64,000 nt of DNA from Lytechinus pictus (lineage: Eukaryota), in contig NC_087245.1 of assembly GCF_037042905.1 (NCBI RefSeq), forward strand, positions 31,746,001 to 31,810,000. The letters run 5' to 3'. The translations under genes were made by a program, and so were the position numbers. The notes beneath the pieces are model-generated. The model was not told where the DNA came from. It saw nothing but the letters and a program-made list of their open reading frames with translations, and did no database searches. Below are positions 1-11,686 of this stretch, piece after piece; the stretch's first letter is position 1; each line of letters opens with the position of its first letter.

Positions 1-1790
1 TTGCGAAGCTCCCTACTCCCTCTCTTAGCGTTCTTGTTTGAAGCAGTATAATTATTGACCAGTCAGTTTTCAAATATTTGGTTTGTGCTACAAGTGATGC
101 CTTTTCGTTGGAAATTAGAAATTAGATTATTTGATAATTGAGTTATTTGTTCTTTGTTATTACTTATGCTGTATGGTTGGTTGATTGATTGAGTCATTGT
201 ATTTATGATTCTTTTAGGGTGGGGGTGAATGCAGTATATTGTCAAGCTCATGGAGTCTTCATAGATAGCTCATTTTAACATTGCTTGAGAAGTTGAGACA
301 CAAAGTCAGGGTAGAGAAGTGTAGTTTCTCTGAAACTAAAAACCTATGAACATTGTGGTTATGTCTCAGTGATGAATTTGCTTTTTGCTAGAGGATGTCC
401 CATTTGAATTGAAGGTGTAGATTATCATACCTTGACACCTAGATAACATCCTTTTGTTGCAAAAAATACGTTTTATAGGTGTTGCTACATTGTCTGCCAG
501 GTAATTACCTAATTATACAGCTGAAGACATGGTTGTTGAGGACTGAAAGAGGTCTGAGGGATTTAGGCTAATCCTGATGTCTCATCCGTTGGAACTTTTC
601 AGATGAAGGGGGTTGAAGACTTGGCTACTGCTCTGTAATGCGACGGGTGTCTTTCATTGTCCCCCCTCCTCTCCCTTTCAGCTCTTGTCGCTTGCCTGAA
701 AGGGTTGCCGAGTGATCCAACTCATCTGTCCGGCCACGGTGACTAAAAGTGCTTCGTCGTGCCGCTGCGAATCAAGGTTTAGCGCTGGAAATACCTCGTG
801 AAGTCAGGTCTCTTGCAGCGCAACCTCCATGAGGCACGGTCCATTCTGTGGTTTGATCCTAATCGGGAATGAAGTAGATACATAAGGACATTATATTCAT
901 TATTAGACTTGGAAAATCATCTGAATTCTTGTAAATCATTCATTAAAGCAGATAAGGCTCTTTCTATTAGACTGTCGTTGCAGTTGTCATCTCTACAAAA
1001 GATTTAAAAAATCAATGGATGACCTTGTCTACAAAACAGTTACTTTAAGTTAGTTTCAACCTGGACACCATTTAAACACGATACGTCATCTAGAAATTGC
1101 GGAAGTTATGCACTTGAGTCTTTCAAGATTTTCACTTTCGTCCACCTTGTTAAGAAAACATATTCTTGATACGTTTTGATATGGTGATATAATTGCTTTG
1201 ATACTTTCAGTGATGCTCATATTTATCATTGAGTGGTAGCTTATATTTCAACATCTTCGTAGTAAGGTCTGAAGTTCACCTTGTGTCTTAATTGTGGTCG
1301 CTGCTCAGGTTTCATTAATGGCTGTTTTGATGACTTAAGAAATTGAAACTTAGCTGTTGGATTATGCATTTTCGTTTATAAACACTTGTGAACGTATAAC
1401 AGGATTATAAGGAAGTTCATTGAGGAATAATCTGTGTCTTCACTCCTGACGGTGCTAGTCCTGAGGAACGTGCAGTACAGAGCAGCTGCTTCTATGCCTT
1501 AAAGTTGGGTGTCTTTCAACTTAATCTTTGTATGGCCAGTGAGCTTAGATATATCAGACAGACTTAACCGGCTTCATAGTTTCATAGTGTGGATTGTGAG
1601 TGAAAAAGGAATATCAGATTGGATTTTCGTGATATTTATTCGTAACAATGCCTTGCGTGCCGTGTCGTTGGTCAGTCCAGTGTGTGGAGGATCAGGAAGG
1701 TGTTGTCATGGTGATTTGCAGTACGAGAAAGAGAGTAAGCTCCAGTTTTAATCTATTATAGTCCATAAAAGTCAAGTATTGTCAGATAAG
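1..1790 (-). mobile_element. Decayed Tx1/L1-clade-like non-LTR retrotransposon, 5' part (ORF1 remnant plus start of ORF2 APE endonuclease), continues off the window edge
   Basis: The minus strand is A/C-rich. Manual translation across stops and frameshifts gives ORF1-like pieces (HKVNFRPYYEDVEI, KLPLND..ESIKAIISPY, KVKILKDSSA*LPQFL, zinc-knuckle-like FCRQGH near 1025-1045) and APE-like motifs (MIIYTFNSNGTSSSKKQ near 380-430; LVNNYTASN near 35-62, resembling the NxYAPN motif). Boundaries are approximate. Confidence 0.55.
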
Positions 1791-2529
1791 AATTTGATTT
1801 TCGATAATCCATAATAATTTGTTGTTTTACCACAGAGGGTGATTATAACTTTTTGGACAACTAGACTATGAAGTGCCACATTAAATGATCAAGTTCCCTT
1901 TCCCAATTTTTTTAGTTCTTGGTGGAATGCTAACCACCCACAGAACTCAATGGTTATATTTTTTTAGGATTTGTCAATGTCTAAACCAGTTTTCTATTAA
2001 TAATTATGAAAAAACTTTTGTTTGAGATTTTAAAGTTTATATGAGCTTATAGTTATGTTAATTCCAGGTAACAAAGTTAAAGTATCCAGGGCACCAATTC
2101 TCTCGCTCTGAAATTCATCTTTAACTCTTAAACTTGGTAGAAAATTTTCAGCTCTATTGGATCATGAAAGTATATTTGGGTTAACAAGCTACAATTCCAT
2201 GTATTGAATTGATATCCATCACTTTTTAATAATCCTTTTGGTTTCCCTTTCTCAGTTATGTCAACATTTTCACTGTATCGTTGTTACATCATACAAGTGA
2301 ATGAATTAACCTTTGCATCTAGAAAGACATGCATTAGCTCCGTAGGAAGCTGGTCATTATTACAGTTTCCAGGAGAAATTGTCCATCCAATTTTTACTTG
2401 TAAATCTCAATTAACACATGATAATTCATTTATCTACCCTGGCTGAATTTTCATGTTGCTTTGATCTCATTCAGAATAGCATCCTGTATATGAGAGTTGT
2501 TAAGTAAGACGTAAACATACACACCCAGG

Positions 2530-2951
2530 ACCTGTAACATTTAAGCTTAGTAATTGTTTGAATTTGAATTTATTAACAAACTTCATTCATTTGGCATGAA
2601 CATTTTGTTTTGAATTATATACAATGATAACATAAACAAAAACATTCATAACTGTATGTCACATAAATCAGTAATACATCAATACATTTTCCATAGATTT
2701 CCAATTATTATACAGATATACATCTATATACAAAGAAAAATGACTAATTGAAATTTAACAGAGAGAAGGTAGAGCATAATGTAATATAATTATCGAATAC
2801 AGATCGGGAAGTAAATAAATGAATATATAATGTTAGATATTTATAATTGATTATGGGGCTTATTTTTATGATCGATCATACACGATTATTAATGCAACTA
2901 ATCGTAGATATGAATCCCATGATCAATTGCTAGTCTTAATATTGTAGGGCC
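2530..2951. mobile_element. Degenerate MITE (GGCCCGTAACACAAA family) interrupted by an AT-rich insert
   Basis: Ends ggacctgtaacat / attgtagggccc. The internal gatcgat/caatcaatcg motifs are shared with copies at ~30618, ~38066, ~45335 and ~62100. Confidence 0.45.
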
Positions 2952-3601
2952 CATTTTCACTCTTTGAAAGTCTATTAACTCTTGTGAAACACCCCCAGAG
3001 ATGGTACTTTATATAGTGTATGTCATTTCTAACAAGAATTTGATTTGATTTATTATTTGATTTATGCAAAATGTTGATTGAGTGAATAGATATCATTAAA
3101 GAGATACATTCTATGATTATTATACAAGTATTCTGAACGAGTTTTTAGTTTTAATAAAAATCAAAGCAGGTCTTAATGAACAATAATTGCAAGATTTTAT
3201 AAAAATGTTGCCAATTGGCATTTTAAAATAGTGATTTTATTGTTCCATTGCATTACAAATTTGTAGAAAAATAATGATTAGCCTCGACCTAACCGCATTT
3301 AATTCAAGAACAGCAACATGTACTGCACTTTAAATGATACCATATTTTTCAGTATATTTTCCTCTTCCTATTGAGAATCGTAATTAAATCTATAAATTGT
3401 AATAGTATTCAGAATATCAAGAGATTGGAAAAGTTTCACCATGGTCATACAGTTGTAGAACATTTTTCTACAATTGATTCCATTGACTACAATGTACAAT
3501 CAAACGTAAAAATCAAGCATACGATTAATTGCTAACCTTTGTGTTAGGGGAGGCATCATTAGTAAAAATAAACTGTTTTCCTTCTCTTCACAGTAATTAT
3601 A

Positions 3602-3976
3602 CACTCTAAAATGTTTATAAGGTTATACTGGTTGTTTAAGCTTGTCACTCCAAAACAAGTTGTTTAAACTTTAAAACAATTGTTTGATTTTTTTTAAATT
3701 GTTTAAACTTTTTGAACATCATGTTTAAACTTTTAACAATTTGTTTAAAACTTTAAACAATAGTTGTTAGAGGGATGAGCTTAAACAACACTTGTTTAAA
3801 GTTTGAAACAAGTTGTTTAAAGTTTAAGACAAGTTGTTTAAAGTTTAAACAAGATGTTCAAAAATTAAACAATTGAAAAAGACATAACAATTGTTTAGAT
3901 TTTTGTAAAAAACTTGTTTTTAGAGTGACAGGCTGAAACAAACCAGTATAAACTTTTAAACATTGTTTTTAGGGTG
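3602..3976. mobile_element. Foldback MITE with TA target duplication and internal TTGTTTAAAC-type repeats
   Basis: TA|CACTCTAAAA ... TTTTAGGGTG|TA. The left half repeats ttgtttaaactt and the right half its complement aagtttaaacaa. A degraded relative lies at ~5157-5362. Confidence 0.75.
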
Positions 3977-5988
3977 TATACATGTACATGGCAAAAATAC
4001 TGCAGTATTTTTGCAGTGTATACAACAAGTGACATTTGTATTGTTACTGTAGTTTAACTCTAGAATCAGATTGAAAATAATACATTGCCATCTGCATGAT
4101 TTGCTACATTGATAGACAGATGCTAGACTTTCAATGCCATGAGGAAATTGATTAATTGCTTAAAAGTAATTGTTCTACTATGCATTGATTCTATATAAAT
4201 AGATCATTGTGATTTAATGTTTGTATTTCAATTGATAAAAAGATATGAGCACATACTGCATATTAGACTGATGTGATACCCCCTTGCCTAATTTTTACTT
4301 ATTTTTAATTTTTATTTAATTTATTATTTTCGATGATATTTTGACATTTAAACAGAGAAGGGATAAGAGATCTATCATGGCTTGAAGTTGCATTCCCTCA
4401 CTAACATTTACCCACTGTATTTATTTCATGAGATAAATCCTGACTACAAATGTTTTCCAAATGTCCGTAAAAGGAAAACAAACACAGGAGATGTCTTTAA
4501 TGTGCTGCCAGACAAGAAATATGCTTCATAAAGCACCGGCTTGCAAGTTTTGAGTAATCTTTCCCATTTCATGTCAATTTTCCTCTTGCATCATGTTCGC
4601 CTTCATGGTTCATTTAGTAAGAATTATAATAGATAACAGATGGTCATGTAACAATACATGTCAAGTATTACAGTATCTTTCTTTTGATACTTTGATGATT
4701 TTGCTATTTATTAATTTGTGTGATTTTATTTCCATCACTTTTTGGGTGACATTTACACTTAATGACTGGAAACTTTTATTACAATTCATTAAACAAAAAT
4801 GAAGAATGCGTGAATATAGATGTATTTACAAAAGGAATCATGGAAAAGCATTGAAATTACAATATGTGCAAATTACCTTTATGAATCAGGATTAGACATT
4901 ATCTTTTCAGCATAAATATTTTTCTTATCACTGGCAATAGAAGTTTCTTAAGTCAGGTTAACAATTACATTACTGAAAATAGTAACAGCCATTGATCAAA
5001 GGGTGTATTTACCATTCATAAATACTGGACGGTATGGATGTTTGATATAATTTGTCTCATGAAATTTCATTCAATATTTAAAACAAAATTTTGTTGATTT
5101 TACCACACCTGCTTGACAAAATTGCCCCACTCCATATCTGCATCACTTATCTTATTTACAATGTAAAAATCAGTTAAAACTTTTATGCATGTCGTTTAAG
5201 CTCTTCACTCTAAACAACTATTGTTTAAAGTTTTAAACAAGTTGTTTAAAAAAGATTAAACAATATTGAAAAGTTTTAACAAACATTTAAAAGTTAAAAC
5301 TTGTCAAGTGTGACAGTCTTAAACGTGCAATTTTATTTTATTTTATTTTTTACAAAAGTGTATAAAGTTCATGGTATGTTTGATGAATTGTGGCAGTCTA
5401 CTGACCTGAAGGATGTATGAAATTGACCTAATCCTTCGGACAATTGTTTGTAGTTATCACCCATAACATAATCCCCGCTTGTCAGTGAAACAGAGTTTGC
5501 TGCCAAATTTTATGTCAGAGAATTTTGTGAGTTTTCTCAGGGATTTTGATATTTAATGATTGTGATGTGAAATTTCACTATGGAAGTACTGTCTCACCCT
5601 ACTTTAATTGGCTGCATTTTGTATTCCTGATTATAAAATGGAAACTTTGAGAAATGTTCCCGGTCTGATGGGGATTTTTTTATAGGGGGGACTGTCTAAT
5701 CTTTAGAGACAGGAATTTTAGTTGTGGTTGACTGGTTATTTAGACATTTCTTTAAATTTGAAGTAGACCTATGAACAATATCTTCATGTAACTTCAGCAT
5801 AAAAGTGTAGTGAAATGTACCCAAATCCCCTCCTTTATTCCAAAGCCACTTCAATATCTTGCATATTCAAAGTTTTAAAGATTAAACAATTGTATACAAC
5901 AGTCATAGATTGTTTTAAACTATCAATTATCTATGAACTCATAGCCTTTCTCTTCCCTTTCTTTCTCTGTTTGATTTATACCATACAG

Positions 5989-6145
5989 AGATCATCAGTC
6001 AGTTCTGTAGATGGCTACCCGACGGGTCGTAAGGGCAGCAAACGGAGGAAGAGTCGAACCTTGCCGGACCCACGCCATGCGGAGCGGGACTCTATCGTCA
6101 AGAACCACAAGGAGATGTCTTCAGGCGTTGCCGATCTTGACACAG
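5989..6145 (+). CDS. ARHGAP18: RhoGAP (ARHGAP18/28/40-like) internal exon, N-terminal region: RSSVSSVDGYPTGRKGSKRRKSRTLPDPRHAERDSIVKNHKEMSSGVADLDT(G)
   Basis: Polypyrimidine tract plus cag acceptor (an alternative ag lies 2 nt downstream). GC-rich open frame with donor G|GTTTGT. The phase-1 end matches the next exon. Confidence 0.75.
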
Positions 6146-6872
6146 GTTTGTATTCATTTTCTGCAGAAAATGCAGGGGGTGCATAAGGAGAGCGTTACTC
6201 ATACGTCCAAAGTTGGCTGACGTCGGCCCGTGACTGACACTGGCTTGTACCGAGTCCCCCTCTGGATGTGATTTGAAGCCGGCGTGAGTCTGGCCTCAGT
6301 TCCACCATTTGTGTTGTGTAACACCTCCAGGTTGACTCAAAACAGCTAAATGAAGTGATATGATAGCGAACAATAAATAATTTATTCATTTATGTATTTA
6401 TTATGTTTTATTTATTATACTGCGGGGTATAGGCCTGAAAGTTATGCACTGTGAAAAAAACAATGCACAATGTTGCGTCACGAGAATAGGCGACGTGAAG
6501 CCGGGCTTATGTGTAACGGTTATAATGATCTCGAGGCGGATTCATATTGCAGGCTTGAGGCTGGGGTTGGGGTCGGCTTCAAACCTGACACATATGTAAC
6601 AAGGCCCATAGAGACTCTGTTCCAAGGTCACTTCATTTGTGTGTTGAGATATATGTCTATAGCTGGAAGCAATGTACTTCTAGAGATACCTGTCACAATG
6701 GGCAATTCGTAGTTAGATCACACCTTTAGACCAGAGTTTGAATTAAACCAGAGTAGGTCCATAGCGACTGTTTGTTAGTCAGGACTTTGATATACATCTT
6801 GGAGAAGTTAACATTCTGTAGCTGAAGTCCTTGTTAGATTTTTTTTTTTACATAAACTTTCTCTATAGTTAT

Positions 6873-7070
6873 AGCAATAGCTCAGTCGGTAGAGCGGGGG
6901 ATTCGTATTCCGGTGACCCGGGTTTGATTCCCACTTGGTGCGCTAGTGCCCTTTGGTAAGGCATTAATCCTCACTACCAGGTCCTTCGGAGAGGGCTTTA
7001 AGCCGTCGGTCCTCTGGTTGCTTGCTTTCAAGCATTCATGCTTTCTTAGCAATCGGGTAAAAAAATTTCA
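6873..7070 (+). mobile_element. tRNA-derived SINE
   Basis: A-box TAGCTCAGTCGG and B-box GGTTTGATTCC, followed by a non-tRNA body (gtgccctttggtaaggcattaatcc; gtccttcggagagggcttaagccgtcggtcc) and an A-rich end. Confidence 0.75.
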
Positions 7071-7964
7071 CCAATCACCGATATAACAGTCAATTAGTTT
7101 GGATAAAACTTCTTGAATTTGCCATCTATGAGATAAGTCTTTTTTGCGGCAACGGCGCAACATGTATATTATAGAAATAGGATAACTATATTTGACATGT
7201 GTCCTCTGGCTTCTATTAAAAGCATTACTCATGTTTACACAAACAGAAGCCCTAGGCATATCTGGCATATCACCAGTAGCAAAACAAATTATCGGGGGAT
7301 ACAAAAAAGGTACTATATGTAGATGGCCTCCATGGCAAAATTTTCATTCAGACAGACTATCGCATGCAATGCAAAAACGTAGGAAAAGCCCAGATTTCCG
7401 TGTTTAGTGAGCTAATGACTCAGGAGTCTTAATTGCGATGAAGGTTTTCTTGATATATAAGTTATTTTAAGATGCACAATAAAGATTTGAAAACTTGCAG
7501 GTGTCTCGTAGTTAGGATCGGGGGTGCAATAACAGGGACTCATACAGTTAACCTCGGCTCGGATTCTACTTAATCAATACATCAGATTTGTATCTTTTAT
7601 TTAGCTACAATATAAGTTTATTAGATATTCATCTATATTATCCATATAAATTTTACTGAATAAACAAAATGAAATACAGGTTAAATTGCCATCCTTTTTT
7701 CTCAATAGTTTTTTAAATGAATGAAATGAATAGTGAATAGATGAATGAAAATATATACATATACATAAAGATTTAATTATAACAGAAGGAAAGTATGATA
7801 GATGAAACAAAATTAATGGATAATAAACAGAAAAAAAAGATTGAAGTAGATTACTGATGTTGTTCATGCAGAGGCTGTATTTATTACTTTGTATTCAAAG
7901 CTAAACTTGCTGGAACTTTCCTCCTATTTGATATTCTACCATCTACCTAAAGCACTTGATAACA

Positions 7965-8255
7965 CCAATATTATTCAGTTCATGTATAGCGCATTATACA
8001 TGTCATTTAATGTTTCTACACGCTTCCAATGGGTCTTCATTACATTATTACCCTTGCTTGAGCCTGGCAAATCTTTTACAGTGCAGAAGCATTTCAAGGA
8101 ATCAACTCCTGCCAGGTACCATCTACCTCACATGGGCTTCGTGCAGCTCAATTCTGATAAGTTTTTGCTGAAGGAAATTACCCCATGGCTGGGATTTGAA
8201 CCCACGACCCTCTGTTTCAAAATCCAGAGACTAATCCACTAGGCCACAACACGCC
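7965..8255 (-). mobile_element. tRNA-derived SINE (CORE-like body), same family as 11424-11686
   Basis: Minus strand: TGGCCTAGTGG A-box, GGTTCAAATCCC B-box, ccttcagcaa...ggtagatggtacc body and gcgctata tail. Closely similar to the 11424-11686 copy. Confidence 0.8.
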
Positions 8256-8656
8256 AATTGTGAGGAATAGGGGAAGGAGATGGGTATGATGGTATGAGGA
8301 GGGGAGAAAGTTGATTGAATGGAATATTTCGAATAAGTAAAAAAGGAGCCAAATAACATAAGAGGTGCGTCAAATTTTCACAAATCACAAATCCAATTAA
8401 GAAGAAAAAATTGAAGAGGACGCGGCATCCCCCGTGTGAATGCTGGAGAAACCTCAAGTTCTGTGACACTGATTGTGTGTGTCAAAACGCCGAGGTTCTG
8501 GCCCCTCGATGAACTTTACACGCCCACTCTGGAGATGCTATGACACATGTATCTCATACTCCCAGCTGAATTCAACAAGAATGTCCTCATGCATGTGTTC
8601 ACATGCACGCCCCTATGAGCAGAAACACTACATTTTTTGCGGGTCATTGTTCCTAT

Positions 8657-9099
8657 ATTTGTGACCAGCCACTGTAAAACCAACAATACATGTAAGTCGC
8701 CAGGGAAGGTTTCTGTATATAGGCCAAATAGTTATTTGGTCTTCAAAAGGTAAAAATTGAAAAAATGGATTGTATGAAATTATAATTCTTCTTTTTACTG
8801 TAAAAATGTTGATATGTAATGTTGAGTGAAAGACAAGAATTAAGTTTCTTTGACACTTTCTTTCTGGACCGCTTGAAAGTTTCATTTAGATTACAACAGT
8901 GTGCACCTCTCCTACTTGAGAGAACCCCAAACTTCCAACCCAAGTTTTTAAAGCTCTCCCTGAGTTTATTCTGCATTAAATCAAGTATTTGTGTGGGTTA
9001 TTATTGATCAATTTTGACAAGTTATATATCATTGGAAATAAACATTTCAAACTTTATTTTGGGCAACCCATTGTTAGTTTTTTAGTGGCAAATCACATG
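8657..9099. mobile_element. MITE-like element with ATTTGTGACC-type ends
   Basis: The segment gtaagtcgccagggaaggtt...tttggtctt recurs at ~11865-12300 (ending ggctggtcacattt) and inverted at ~41830-41882. Confidence 0.5.
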
Positions 9100-11066
9100 T
9101 AGAGTTTAGACTGCAGTGTTTCAAATGTTATTTTTGTTTGCATGATTCATATTGAGCAGCCTCAAATTGTATTTGATGAACAAACCTTTCTGGTAACAAA
9201 AGTAAAAAAGAATCTCTTGGTTTCCATCTTAAGACATTATAAACAATTGTAGTGTATGAGTTAAGCTGAATTCATGAATAAAATATTAAATTCTATTTTG
9301 TATCTTGTATTCAAGAATATCACTCCTTGAGTTTTGGCATTCATTTCTCTGACTGGGAAGCATGTAGTATTACCTTTGTACCATTTACCTTCGAAATGCC
9401 TTTATTGTACCATATCAATACCCTTAATAAGCATTGTTGTACCTATGTTGATATGTATGATACCCCTTTAATACCTTTGTACCTCTTAATAGTAAATTCT
9501 TGTTATGAAGAAGTGCCATGTTGATCTCCTTGCAGTGCTATTCATTTTAGAGGCTTGTTATTCAAAGTTGGAATTGGAACTGACTTAGCTCCCCGTTGCA
9601 GATGAAACCATTTTAAAGTTCTCCTTGAAAACATGGTTTACGGAAAATGGGAACATAGGATATGACAAACTTTGGCAGGATTCTCTGGGGAGTATCGGGA
9701 GAGAAAATCCGGTCCATGAGCAACCCGTGCTTTCCCCGGCTCAGAGCTGGCAAAAATGTGACTCATTGGAAAGTTTGGATGTTTTGTTTTGATTATGTTC
9801 CTTTCAACATTCTGCCAGTGGTTTGTTTGTATCGACATTATTGGGTTCTGAGTAATCGTGTCAACATCCCTCACCACTCCTCGTTGAACGCTTTTCCCCA
9901 AGAGGGGGCTAAAAGTTTTTCAAACATTTCGCATTTGGGTGGTTTGCCTCACAGTTTTGATGATTGCAAGAGTGATAAACTCTCCTCTAGGACCCTCTTA
10001 CACAAAACCTAGTGATCAATCATGGGACTGATTCCAATGATTGATTGCATTGGTTATTGCATACGATCAATCGTATTAATCAACCCCACAATCAATCGCT
10101 ACGTTTCATGTTACTGCTCCCTGGAGTTGACATTGGCCGATGTGGGTAGCGGCACTTTTCTCCTAAAGTCAACCCGAATTTTCAGAGAAGAGATATTTGA
10201 TGTGCATGTACATTTTGCATCAGGTACCCCACTTTTATGATGATTAGCTCAGGCAGATTATTAACTTGTGTGGTCTCTTCAGTATTTTCTGCGATTATCA
10301 AGAAAAATGTACTCTGAATCGTGCATCTCTGTTACTTTTCGTTAGAATTATTACTCATACACTTACAAATTCACATAATAAAATTAATAGTTATTTCATT
10401 TGTAGGTTGTTTGATTCATTGAGGATCCTCATTAATCTTTTTTCTCAAGAGAAGGAGCATTTTTAAATGGTAGTTCTTTCTACATGTTCATGTGTTTGAA
10501 GGGCTATAGGCCCTTCAAGAAAAAGTTTAAGGAATGGGATTTACTTATTTGAAATCAAGCAAATTTTTGGAGGTACTTGAAATATTTGTTCCTGCTAAAT
10601 TTTACCTTCTATTCAGAATTATTTTCATGTCGAGTAAAAACATTTTCTCATGAAAAATTGTCACGTTTAGTTTCACGAGGTAGTACTGCATGCAGTGTGA
10701 AATGACCCATTATTAGAAATATGAACACATTTTACTTCAGCTTAAACCTTATATATTTCAAATTCACTTCCTGATACGATAATGAAATAAATTTCTGTGA
10801 TTTCTCTGTAGCATTTAACTGCCTTTTATGGAAAGGATTATAATTGCGAAACACGTTTTTAGACCAAATATAGCAGCAGTGCCGAATTAACACATTATTG
10901 ACTCACAGAATTTGGGTTTTTTTTTCAACGAATATGTTACAGAGAATACAGCTTAACCAGTTTTATTCCTCTTTTATCTCTCATTTCCTCCTCTGTTTCT
11001 CTTCCCTGTTTCCCCCTGCTCCTCTAACCCCCCTCCCGGGCCTTTTCCCTTGCTCTATACATGTAG

Positions 11067-11173
11067 GTGTGAAGATTCTTAGTTTCACGCACACAGAACC
11101 CATCGAAGTGCCTAGCTGCAAAGACAGGGAGGTGAAAGTGAGCATGAGGGCACAGACTCCAGATGCTACTCTG
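11067..11173 (+). CDS. ARHGAP18: RhoGAP exon: (G)VKILSFTHTEPIEVPSCKDREVKVSMRAQTPDATL
   Basis: Long pyrimidine tract plus tag acceptor, donor CTG|GTAAGT. Phase 1 in and phase 0 out, consistent with both neighbours. Confidence 0.8.
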
Positions 11174-11185
11174 GTAAGTATCCAG

Positions 11186-11356
11186 GGGGCCGTTTCATAA
11201 AGCTGTTCTTAAGTTAAGAGCGACTTTAAGAACGACTGGTGATCCTTTCTTACGCGCTAAACCATCGCCAATGAATATACCATTTACCACAAGAAAGGAT
11301 TACCAGTCGTTCTTAAAGTCGCTCTTATCTTACGAACATCTTTATGAAACACCCAC
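11186..11356. mobile_element. Palindromic MITE, PIF/Harbinger-like (CAG target duplication)
   Basis: CAG|GGGGCCGTTTCATAAAG ... CTTTATGAAACACCCAC|CAG with long inverted arms (aagagcgactttaagaacgactggt / accagtcgttcttaaagtcgctctt). Degraded relatives lie at ~12409 and ~14770-15149. Confidence 0.8.
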
Positions 11357-11423
11357 CAGTAGTGTTATGGGGCATTGCAAGATACTCGCGATCAATTGCA
11401 AGTCTATTTACAGCCCCTAAATC

Positions 11424-11686
11424 AATAATAAAGGGTATTTATATTGCGCACATATCCACCTTGTTAGGTGCTCAAGGCGCATATTACCCGGCTAAGCTAG
11501 GCGTTCATAGCGCACACAGCTTTCTAAGGAATTACTTCCTATCGGTACCCATTTACTTCACCTGGGTTGAGTGCAGCACACTGTGGATCAGTTTCTTGCT
11601 GAAGGAAATTACGCCATGGCTGGGATTCGAACCCACGACCCTCTGTTTCAAAGTCCGAAGACTAATCCACTGGGCCACAACGCTCC
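11424..11686 (-). mobile_element. tRNA-derived SINE (CORE-like body), near-complete copy
   Basis: Minus strand: TGGCCCAGTGG A-box, GGTTCGAATCCC B-box, cactcaacccaggtgaagtaaatgggtacc body, tail gcgccttgagcacc...gcgcaatataaatac(tta)n. Confidence 0.85.

Noticed and set aside
600..780. HDV-like or hammerhead ribozyme in the structured patch (hairpin followed by GCGAA; CAGATGAG...GAAA on minus)
   Set aside because: No consensus P3/L3 loop or matching P2, and the hammerhead core CUGANGA is not present.
6428..6535. HDV-like ribozyme on the minus strand (GGC-TTCACGTC-GCC, then TATTCTC-GT and a hairpin)
   Set aside because: P1 and P2 pair only partly and the catalytic C-N-R-A junction is absent. The motif is better explained as one of two direct subrepeats (gttacacataagcccggcttc / gttacatatgtgtcaggtttg) of a degenerate repeat.
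6873..6945. Functional tRNA gene (also 52290-52360 and the heads of the 7965/11424 SINEs)
   Set aside because: A and B boxes are present, but acceptor and anticodon stems do not pair properly and the sequence continues into SINE bodies.
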